Origin: Campylobacterales bacterium
Lineage (GTDB): Bacteria; Campylobacterota; Campylobacteria; Campylobacterales; Sulfurimonadaceae
NCBI GenBank assembly: GCA_038205935.1
Contig: JBBRBK010000051.1
Location: 1-14,504, forward strand
DNA: 14,504 nucleotides
Direction: 5' to 3'
The translations under genes and the position numbers were made by a program. Below are positions 7,584 through 14,504 of this stretch, piece by piece (the first letter of the stretch is position 1; each line of letters starts with the position of its first letter). The notes beneath the pieces are model-generated. The model was not told the origin of the DNA. It was given only the letters and a program-made list of their open reading frames with translations, and did not search any database.

Positions 7584-10046
7584 ATGATGACCGTAAATGA
7601 ACTGAAGTCGTATGATGGAAAAAATGGTGCCAGAGCTTATATTGCATACAAAAATATAGTGTATGATGTAACACAAAGCTCTTTTTGGCAAAATGGTGAA
7701 CATCAAGGAATGCACAGTGCGGGAGTAGATCTTACTTCTGCCCTTGCCGGTGCGCCCCATGGTGATGAAGTCTTTAAAGAGTTTCCCGTCGTGGCAACCT
7801 TGCAAAGCGAAGAACCTACCACCAAAAAAGAGTCACCTCCTCCGCAAGATTTTAAAACTTATCTAAGAATCTTATATAAAAAATATCATCCGCACCCTAT
7901 GGCCGTCCACTTCCCCATCGCTTTGCATCTTTTTGCAGCAGGATTTGATATAGCATTTTTTATGACTCTTAAAGAGACATATGCCCTTATTGTATTTTAT
8001 GCATTATTTATTGCGACAGCTATGGGATTTATTGCCATGATACCAGGGCTACTTAGTTGGTGGATCAACTATAATCTCTTAACTCAAAAACCTTTTGTAG
8101 TAAAAATTTTCGTAGCCGTGATCACTCTTATACTCGGTGTCATAGCCATAGGAATCTATCTCGAAGATCCAAATGTCGTTTTCAGTGACACCATGCCAAG
8201 CATCGTCTATCACGCCATCGTTTTACTGACAGGACTCAATGTCATCATACTTGGATATTACGGCGGGAAGATTAGTTGGGGCAACTTAGGAGAAGAAAAA
8301 ATGCAAGCAGTTTCTTTAGATATGAATAAACCAAATAGCCTGATAAGTAGTGCGAATATAGACGGTGCGCATCAAGTCAGTATCTCAATCTTGATAGGCG
8401 GTGCGGCCGGTCTTGGCATAGATACTTTAGAAAAGATACTTAGCAACGCTTTTAAGGCAAGTGGATACTATGTTTTTACTACAAAAGAGTTTATGTCTCG
8501 TGTACGTGGAGGAAGTAACACCACTTTAATTCGCATCGCAAATTTCCCCGTGCAGGCTCCATGTTGGGAAGTGGATATCTCTATTGCGATGGATGCTCTA
8601 GCCCTTGAACACATGAAAGAGAGATGGCATCAAAATACCATTATTTTGGCAGATGAAAGTTTCGGCGGTGAGAAACCTGATGTCATAGCGGTTGCCATGA
8701 AAGAGAGCGCCAAAAAGTTTGGCAATAGCTTGTATGGTAACACTTACATGGCAGGTCTTCTCTTTGGGTTGTTGGGTATCGATAAAGTTCCTTTGTTGCA
8801 AAGCATCGACAATCATTTTAAAGATGAAGGTGCAAATAAAGAAGTAGCAGAAGTTGGGTTTCAAACCGGAACTGAGATTGAAAAACTCACGCTTCCGAAG
8901 TTGCCAAACGCCGATATAAAAGTGCTGGAAAAACTTCATCTTATGGATGGCACGACTGCGTGCGGATTTGGTTTTTTAGCAGGCGGATGCAATATGATAA
9001 CTGCCTATCCGATGTCGCCATCAACAGGAGTCTTAAACTTTATGGCAGCGATGTCAAAAGAGTTTGATATCGCTCTAGAACAGAGTGAAGATGAGATAGC
9101 CTCTTTGATGATGACGCTCGGCGGATGGTATGGCGGCGCGCGTGCCATGACCTCCACTTCTGGCGGTGGTTTTGCTCTTATGGGCGAAGCTCTGAGTCTC
9201 TCTGGCATGACTGAAACACCTTCTGTCATCTACCTTGCACAGCGTCCAGGACCTGCCACAGGACTGCCTACAAGAACAGAACAGGGAGACTTAAACTTGG
9301 CTCTATACTCAGGACATGGACCGTTTTCGCGTGTGGTACTCGCACCCGGATCACTCCAAGAGTGCATCGACTACGGTTATCTTGCTTTTGAATTAGCTGA
9401 CAAGTACCAGATACCCGTTATCGTTTTAAGTGATCAATATCTTTCCGATTCTATTTTTATGATAGATGATGTGGATTTTGCCTCCTATGAACAGCGCAGA
9501 TACATTACAAAAAGTGCTGAGGATTATGAGCGTTATGCAGACACAACAAATGGCATAAGTCCAAGAGCGATTCCAAGTTTTGGAGAGGGACTTATCTGCG
9601 CTGTAGGAGATGAACATGATGAACGTGGACAGATCACAGAAGATTACAAAATGCGCGAACAGATGGTCGACAAACGTGCGCGTAAAAATGATGAACTCCT
9701 CCGCGAAGCTATTGCTCCTATATGTAATGGTGCGGGAGATATAGCCATTATCGGCTGGGGTTCTAGTAAAGGAGCAATCTCTGAAGTGCTAGAGCGACTG
9801 GATGATAAACGGCTTTCACATGTACATTTAGTATGGATGCATCCATTAAGTAAAGAACAGTTGAGCGTTTTAAATGGCTACAAATATAAGATTGTTGTGG
9901 AAAATAATGCAGACGGTGCATTTGCCGATCAGCTGAAACTTCATGACATACATATAGATGACAGAATCCTGCAGTCCAATGGGTTTAGTTTCTTTGCCGA
10001 TCAGCTTACAAGCATGATAGAAAAATCTGTAAAGGAGTTGTTATGA
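7584..10046 (+). CDS. Fusion protein: cytochrome b5-like heme/steroid-binding domain + DUF2231-like membrane domain + 2-oxoacid:acceptor oxidoreductase alpha subunit (KorA/PorA-like, gamma-alpha fused type)
   Basis: aa 1-73: ELKSYDGKNG..AYIAYKNIVYDVT.S.FW.NGEH..MH.AG.DLT..L..APHG. aa ~102-233: HPHPMAVHFPIAL plus four hydrophobic helices ending LGYYGGKI. aa ~265-820: IGGAAGLGI, EFMSRVRGG, AYPMSPST, EQSEDEIAS, TSTSGGGF, QRPGPATGLPTRTEQGDL, DEHDERG.ITED, GWGS, VVENN..G. Confidence 0.88.
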   Translation: MMTVNELKSYDGKNGARAYIAYKNIVYDVTQSSFWQNGEHQGMHSAGVDLTSALAGAPHGDEVFKEFPVVATLQSEEPTTKKESPPPQDFKTYLRILYKKYHPHPMAVHFPIALHLFAAGFDIAFFMTLKETYALIVFYALFIATAMGFIAMIPGLLSWWINYNLLTQKPFVVKIFVAVITLILGVIAIGIYLEDPNVVFSDTMPSIVYHAIVLLTGLNVIILGYYGGKISWGNLGEEKMQAVSLDMNKPNSLISSANIDGAHQVSISILIGGAAGLGIDTLEKILSNAFKASGYYVFTTKEFMSRVRGGSNTTLIRIANFPVQAPCWEVDISIAMDALALEHMKERWHQNTIILADESFGGEKPDVIAVAMKESAKKFGNSLYGNTYMAGLLFGLLGIDKVPLLQSIDNHFKDEGANKEVAEVGFQTGTEIEKLTLPKLPNADIKVLEKLHLMDGTTACGFGFLAGGCNMITAYPMSPSTGVLNFMAAMSKEFDIALEQSEDEIASLMMTLGGWYGGARAMTSTSGGGFALMGEALSLSGMTETPSVIYLAQRPGPATGLPTRTEQGDLNLALYSGHGPFSRVVLAPGSLQECIDYGYLAFELADKYQIPVIVLSDQYLSDSIFMIDDVDFASYEQRRYITKSAEDYERYADTTNGISPRAIPSFGEGLICAVGDEHDERGQITEDYKMREQMVDKRARKNDELLREAIAPICNGAGDIAIIGWGSSKGAISEVLERLDDKRLSHVHLVWMHPLSKEQLSVLNGYKYKIVVENNADGAFADQLKLHDIHIDDRILQSNGFSFFADQLTSMIEKSVKELL
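8288..8303 (+). promoter_or_regulatory. Internal Shine-Dalgarno (AGGAG) + in-frame ATG at 8301: possible start of a stand-alone 581-aa alpha subunit
   Basis: AGGAG 8288-8292, 8-nt spacer, then ATG 8301 (Met240), exactly at the boundary between the membrane domain and the oxidoreductase domain. Confidence 0.6.
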
Positions 10047-10894
10047 GTCATCTGTTTGATAGAGAAAATGTCGATGTCGCGTGGTGTCCTGGATGTGGAA
10101 ACTTTGGTATCTTAAAACTCATAAAAGAGGTGCTTGAAGAGTTACATGGTGACAAAAATAACATCGTCATAGTTTCAGGCATCGGACAAGCCGCAAAAGC
10201 ACCCTATTACGTAGATACAAATATGTTTGGAGTCCTACATGGCAGGGCGCTTCCAGCTGCAACGGGCATAAAAATGGCGAATCCGCAGTTAAATGTCATA
10301 GCTGAGGGCGGAGATGGCGATATGTATGGAGAGGGTGGAAACCACTTTATCCATACCATCAGACGCAATGTTAACATCGTTCACATCGTACACAACAATA
10401 TGGTCTACGGTCTTACAAAAGGTCAAGCTTCACCCACAAGCCAAAAGGGTTTTGAGACAAAAGTGCAGGTCAATGGCGTCTCAAATGAGCCTTTCAATCC
10501 GCTAGCCGTCGCACTTTCACTTAGAGCTGGATTTGTCTCAAGAGTCAGTATAGGTAACGCCGAACATGCAAAAGAGGTACTCAAAGCCGCATTTATGCAT
10601 CACGGTTACGCACTCGTTGACATCTTTCAACCTTGTGTGACTTTTAACAAAACAAACACTTACCATTGGTTTAAGGAAAACACATATACTCTTGATGAGG
10701 CTTATGAGAGCAGTGATTTTAACGGTGCTTTGCAAAAAGTATTTGAAGTGATGCCGATGCCCCTTGGTATACTGTATCAAGACAAAAACAGTGTTTTGAC
10801 ATTTGAAGAGCATATCAGAAAGAGTGAAGCTAAATCGCTTTATTCTAGTACTCATGATATTTCTAAAATTCAAAATCTGTTTGAGAGTTATTAA
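10043..10894 (+). CDS. 2-oxoacid:ferredoxin oxidoreductase beta subunit (TPP- and [4Fe-4S]-binding; KorB/PorB-like)
   Basis: WCPGCGNFG, VSGIGQ, LHGR, TPP motif GGDGD...GGNH...HNNMVYGLTKGQASPT, QPCVTFN; ATGA overlap with the alpha stop; AAGGAG RBS. Confidence 0.93.
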   Translation: MSHLFDRENVDVAWCPGCGNFGILKLIKEVLEELHGDKNNIVIVSGIGQAAKAPYYVDTNMFGVLHGRALPAATGIKMANPQLNVIAEGGDGDMYGEGGNHFIHTIRRNVNIVHIVHNNMVYGLTKGQASPTSQKGFETKVQVNGVSNEPFNPLAVALSLRAGFVSRVSIGNAEHAKEVLKAAFMHHGYALVDIFQPCVTFNKTNTYHWFKENTYTLDEAYESSDFNGALQKVFEVMPMPLGILYQDKNSVLTFEEHIRKSEAKSLYSSTHDISKIQNLFESY

Positions 10895-10906
10895 AGGATT
10901 ACGGTT

Positions 10907-11416
10907 ATGAAAAGTCTGCTTCCACTGTTACTTTTTACTTTATCTTCACTTTTTGCCGCTTCTACTGGTGTAGAGATAAAGAGTGTAGATCCCTTGAATG
11001 ATGTTGGATTACTACTCGTTATTGTAGGTATCAGTTTTATGATTTTAGAGGTTTTTGTTATAGGTTTTGGAATCTTAGGGATCGGTGGAGTCATTGCCTT
11101 TACTGTTGGTTCCATTTTACTCTTTAATGCTGACACTATTCCCCTTGTGATCGCGTTTAGTCTCGTCAGTTTTGCATTTTTTGTTATGCTGATGCGGCTA
11201 TATTTAAAATCTCGCTCAAAAAAAGTAGTCACAGGGACACAAGAGATGATAGGTTTAAAAGGGCATGTTATAGATGTAACAGATGAGGGCTATCATGTCC
11301 TATGCCATGGAGAAATATGGAATGCCACGAGCAAAGAAAAACTGAGCGTAGGAGAGAGTGTCCAGGTTGTTGGACTGAGTGACCTTATTTTAAAAGTTAA
11401 ACCATTGAAGGAGTGA
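10907..11416 (+). CDS. nfeD: Short NfeD family membrane protein (TM helices + C-terminal OB fold)
   Basis: GLLLVIVGISFMILE...FGILGIGGVIAF..GSILLF, VVTG.QEMIG..G.V, V.CHGEIWNA.S, V.VVG...LIL.V.P; lies directly upstream of an SPFH gene; AAGGA RBS. Confidence 0.85.
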   Translation: MKSLLPLLLFTLSSLFAASTGVEIKSVDPLNDVGLLLVIVGISFMILEVFVIGFGILGIGGVIAFTVGSILLFNADTIPLVIAFSLVSFAFFVMLMRLYLKSRSKKVVTGTQEMIGLKGHVIDVTDEGYHVLCHGEIWNATSKEKLSVGESVQVVGLSDLILKVKPLKE

Positions 11417-11419
11417 ATT

Positions 11420-12178
11420 ATGTTTATTAACATACCAATCATCGGAGTCTATATAGTTCTTTTTGTTGTTGCTTTTTTAGCAACGTCTGTACGTGTTTTA
11501 AGAGAATACGAACGAGGAGTAGTCTTTTCTCTCGGCCGTTTTACCGGCGTCAAAGGACCGGGGTTGATCATCCTTATTCCTATTGTTCAACAGATGGTTA
11601 GAGTCGATCTTCGTACCATTGTTTTGGATGTTCCGACGCAGGATGTCATCTCGCATGACAATGTTTCCGTACATGTAAACGCTGTTGTCTACTTTCGTGT
11701 GATCGATCCGCAAAAAGCAATTATCCAAGTAGAAGATTTTCATAATGCAACAAGTCAACTTGCACAAACAACTTTGCGTTCGGTATTAGGCGGACATGAA
11801 CTCGATGAAATGTTGGCGGAACGTGAACGTCTTAACTCTGATATTCAAGAAATTCTTGATAAAAGAACGGATGCTTGGGGAATCAAGATCGCAAATGTTG
11901 AGATCAAACATATCGACCTTGATGAGAGTATGGTCCGCGCCATCGCTAAACAAGCGGAAGCTGAACGTGAACGCCGCGCCAAAGTTATCAATGCAAAAGG
12001 TGAACTTGAAGCGAGTGAAAACATCCTTGCAGCGGCAGAAAAACTAAGCCAAAATGAACTGGGAATCAAACTACGTTATCTACAAACGATGAGTGATATT
12101 TCTAATGACAAAACTAACACAATAGTTTTTCCATTTCCTATAGATTTAGGTAAAGTCTTTAATCCTGAACAAAAGTAA
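11420..12178 (+). CDS. Stomatin-like (slipin) SPFH/band 7 protein
   Basis: N-terminal [65 protein letters not shown]...[37 protein letters not shown]. Confidence 0.95.
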   Translation: MFINIPIIGVYIVLFVVAFLATSVRVLREYERGVVFSLGRFTGVKGPGLIILIPIVQQMVRVDLRTIVLDVPTQDVISHDNVSVHVNAVVYFRVIDPQKAIIQVEDFHNATSQLAQTTLRSVLGGHELDEMLAERERLNSDIQEILDKRTDAWGIKIANVEIKHIDLDESMVRAIAKQAEAERERRAKVINAKGELEASENILAAAEKLSQNELGIKLRYLQTMSDISNDKTNTIVFPFPIDLGKVFNPEQK

Positions 12179-12185
12179 TAAGCCT

Positions 12186-12710
12186 ATGAAAACACTTATT
12201 TTACTCGCAAGTTCAGGAGAAAATTTAAAATTGGCAAATGTTTTACAGCAGATGCTTATCGGGTTAAAGGCAGAAGCAGAGATAATAAATCTTATGCAAT
12301 TGAAACTTCCTTTGTATGATATGGATGTTGAAGTTAATGAGGGCATGCCACAAAAAATCTATACTTTGATGGAAAAGATGAAAGAGGTAAACTCCTATAT
12401 CGTTGTTGCTCCCACATATAATGGCTCTATTCCGCCAGTACTCTCAAATGCAATCGCTTGGATCTCAAGAGCTGATAAGGATTTTAGAGTGTTATTTAAT
12501 GAAAGAATCATCCTGCTCTGCTCACACAGCCTGAGTGACTGTAGTGGAGTAATTCTTGCGATGAGACAGCAGTTTAACAAGCTTGGTGCTGTCGTACTTT
12601 CTCGAGAAATAGGCACGACATTAGAAAGATGTTTTAATGAAAAAAGTTCACTTAAAACACTTGCGCAGTTTATAAAATTTTCTAGAATCAATGATCCTGC
12701 AGTTGATTGA
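12186..12710 (+). CDS. NADPH-dependent FMN reductase-like flavodoxin-fold protein
   Basis: ILLASSGENLKLA, LPLYDMD, VVAPTYNGSIPPVLSNAIAWISR (cf. PEYNGSxPxxLKNAIDWxSR), MRQQF..LGA.V. Confidence 0.8.
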   Translation: MKTLILLASSGENLKLANVLQQMLIGLKAEAEIINLMQLKLPLYDMDVEVNEGMPQKIYTLMEKMKEVNSYIVVAPTYNGSIPPVLSNAIAWISRADKDFRVLFNERIILLCSHSLSDCSGVILAMRQQFNKLGAVVLSREIGTTLERCFNEKSSLKTLAQFIKFSRINDPAVD

Positions 12711-13308
12711 TGGTTGCATCTTTGCCATCTGATCGAGGTTTATAGTGCATCAAGAAGTCGCCCTTGCTTTTGCCATCAGCAAAACTGCTTCGGTATCCAA
12801 AACCTTCAACGATAACTCTCGTTTTAGCTCTGGCATCTGCATTTTTCCATTTTTCATATTCCACTCTATAGATCGCGCTGTAAAGTGGTGCTCTACCTGT
12901 TCCGTCGTAACAATGGATAAGAACCGGATAACTTGTATTGTCATCTAGTACTTGAAAAAACTTCGTCAAAGTCTCTTTTGTAGGAATTTGACTAGAAGGA
13001 ATGTTTACATGTACGACATTGGTATGGTGTTCTTCATTATATTTTTGTACAGCGGCGGCTTCTGCATCTATGTTTGCTTGTCTTCCATTATCCAATTTAT
13101 CATGTCGTATTGGATCTAAGAGATCTATGACTGTTTTGATCTTATACTCTTTTAAATATCCGCCTAATTTATCCGGACTTATCAATCTTGATTTATAAAC
13201 CTTGTCCTTACTTATCTCTTCAAATCTATAATTTAAATTTACACGCCAAACATAATAGGCACCTGCGAGTAAAACGACTACACCCAATACTTTTAAAATT
13301 CTTTTCAT
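12688..13308 (-). CDS. Protein-tyrosine/dual-specificity phosphatase family protein with N-terminal membrane anchor or signal sequence
   Basis: CX5R P-loop YPVLIHCYDGTGRA (HCYDGTGRA at 12889-12915), IKTVIDL, KVYKS; N-terminus MKRILKVLGVVVLLAGAYYVW; GGTGG RBS-like sequence upstream on the - strand. Confidence 0.88.
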   Translation of the reverse strand: MKRILKVLGVVVLLAGAYYVWRVNLNYRFEEISKDKVYKSRLISPDKLGGYLKEYKIKTVIDLLDPIRHDKLDNGRQANIDAEAAAVQKYNEEHHTNVVHVNIPSSQIPTKETLTKFFQVLDDNTSYPVLIHCYDGTGRAPLYSAIYRVEYEKWKNADARAKTRVIVEGFGYRSSFADGKSKGDFLMHYKPRSDGKDATINQLQDH

Positions 13309-13412
13309 TTATCCACCCAATCTTTTATTTGAAGGCAAAGTGTATCAGAGAAAAGTTACACGATTTCCTCTTTGGAGTCTTTTTAGATAGTATTACAAAA
13401 AAAGGAACTCTT
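13309..13412. promoter_or_regulatory. Divergent promoter region between the phosphatase and the aldo/keto reductase
   Basis: On the - strand, TG-A-TACACT at 13339-13347; on the + strand, TAGTAT at 13388-13393 upstream of the AAGGA RBS. Confidence 0.4.
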
Positions 13413-14228
13413 ATGACACAAATACCATCACTTATATATGGAACAGCTTGGAAAAAAGAGCGTACTGCTGCGCTTGTCATAGAAGCTATACATCAAGGTT
13501 TTTTGGGCATTGACACCGCATGCCAACCAAAACATTACCTAGAAGCCGGCATAGGAAAAGCTTTAGCAGAACTAAAAAAAGAGGGAATAACACGAGATAA
13601 ACTTTACATACAGACAAAGTTTACTCCTCTTAGCGGACAAGATCCAAACAACATCCCTTATGATAAAAATAGTGCACTCAGTCAACAGGTAACACAGTCT
13701 TTTAGTAAAAGTTTACAAAACTTGCAAACAGATTATGTGGATGGACTGATCTTGCATTCTCCTCTTTTTCCTTTTTCAAACCTTTTAGAAGTTTGGCATT
13801 CTATGGAAGAGATCTACAATCAAAAAAAAGCGCTCCGCCTTGGAATCAGCAATTGTTATGATCTTGAAGTGCTTCAAAAACTTTACGATGAAGCACAGAT
13901 AAAACCGAGTATTTTACAAAATCGTTTTTATGCAGATAGCGGATATGATAAAGAGTTACGAGAATGGTGTTTGGCACATGATGTCACCTATCAAAGTTTT
14001 TGGTCTTTGAGTGCAAATCCTCATCTTTTAAACCATCCTTTAATACAAACACTCAGTGTTGAATATAACAAAACAGCTGCTCAAATCTTTTTTCGTTTTT
14101 TAACGCAGATGGGTATCACTCCACTCACAGGCACGTCTTCGACTAAACATATGAAAGAGGATCTTTCTATCTTTGATTTTACACTTACTCCAAAAGAACA
14201 AAGTGACATAGAGCTTTTACTCGTTTAA
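13413..14228 (+). CDS. Aldo/keto reductase family protein, 271 aa
   Basis: IPSLIYGTAW, GIDTACQPKHY.E, LYIQTKF, SL.NLQTDYVD.LILHSP, LGISN, LQNRF; catalytic D/Y/K/H tetrad present. ATG 13413 follows AAGGA and avoids overlapping the divergent gene. Confidence 0.9.
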   Translation: MTQIPSLIYGTAWKKERTAALVIEAIHQGFLGIDTACQPKHYLEAGIGKALAELKKEGITRDKLYIQTKFTPLSGQDPNNIPYDKNSALSQQVTQSFSKSLQNLQTDYVDGLILHSPLFPFSNLLEVWHSMEEIYNQKKALRLGISNCYDLEVLQKLYDEAQIKPSILQNRFYADSGYDKELREWCLAHDVTYQSFWSLSANPHLLNHPLIQTLSVEYNKTAAQIFFRFLTQMGITPLTGTSSTKHMKEDLSIFDFTLTPKEQSDIELLLV

Positions 14229-14348
14229 AAAAATGCACGAGTATGAACCGATTGGTTAAAAAATATCCATTTTATCTGGACTCTTAGAGCTGAAATCGGG
14301 TAGGATAGCACAATTGGTATCCATACCGATCCAAAAAGGCTTTATAAG

Positions 14349-14504
14349 ATGAATTTAGATGAAATGTATATTTCGCTTGAACGCCATTATGATTCTATAA
14401 ATAAAATAATCCTCTCAAGACAAGACCCCATCACAGGTTTGCTTCCTGCTAGTACAGCGGTCAATGCCCATGGCGACTACACTGATGCTTGGGTTAGAGA
14501 CAAT
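14349..14504 (+). CDS. N-terminus of a glycoside hydrolase family 15 / phosphorylase kinase alpha-beta-like protein (3'-truncated; absent from the ORF track)
   Basis: Manual translation: MNLDEMYISLERHYDSINKIILSRQDPITGLLPASTAVNAHGDYTDAWVRDN. ILxRQxPxTGLLPAS...DAWVRDN is the characteristic N-terminal motif of this family; AAAGG upstream; frame open to the window end. Confidence 0.85.
   Translation, partial: MNLDEMYISLERHYDSINKIILSRQDPITGLLPASTAVNAHGDYTDAWVRDN

Noticed and set aside
8900..10650. Apparently higher GC in the OFOR genes as evidence of horizontal transfer
   Set aside because: Not quantified, explainable by Gly/Ala-rich conserved sequence, and no integrase, transposase or flanking repeats were seen.
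254..13198. Numerous 60-113 aa alternative-frame or antisense ORFs in the track
   Set aside because: All lie within well-supported genes and lack RBSs or recognisable motifs.
13188..13412. 75-aa N-terminal extension of the aldo/keto reductase
   Set aside because: It overlaps the start of the divergent phosphatase; ATG 13413 has an AAGGA RBS and AKR similarity starts there.

Overview
AT-rich (roughly mid-30s % GC by eye), gene-dense bacterial window with a Campylobacterota-like (Sulfurimonas/Sulfurovum-type) look; the taxon is an inference. Almost everything is on the + strand: a 5'-truncated HAMP sensor histidine kinase, a HutZ/HugZ-like heme-utilisation protein, an old-yellow-enzyme alkene reductase, a Sel1-fused outer-membrane phospholipase A, a DUF1003 protein, and a secreted DUF3300 protein with a 36-bp/108-bp tandem-repeat tail. 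These are followed by a tightly packed six-gene redox cluster: an Fe-SOD with a Cys-containing acidic tail, an 820-aa cytochrome-b5-like/DUF2231/2-oxoacid:acceptor oxidoreductase alpha fusion, the beta subunit, a short NfeD, a stomatin-like SPFH protein and an FMN-reductase-like protein. The window ends with a convergent CX5R phosphatase on the - strand, an aldo/keto reductase, and the start of a GH15/phosphorylase-kinase-like gene that the ORF track missed. The best candidate for an undescribed system is the apparently membrane-anchored, heme-domain-bearing 2-oxoacid oxidoreductase. Its fusion junction (TTAGGAG-N8-ATG) is one base away from a stop plus a perfect RBS, so the fusion could be recent, dual-start, or an error. 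No rRNA, tRNA, CRISPR or mobile element was seen.
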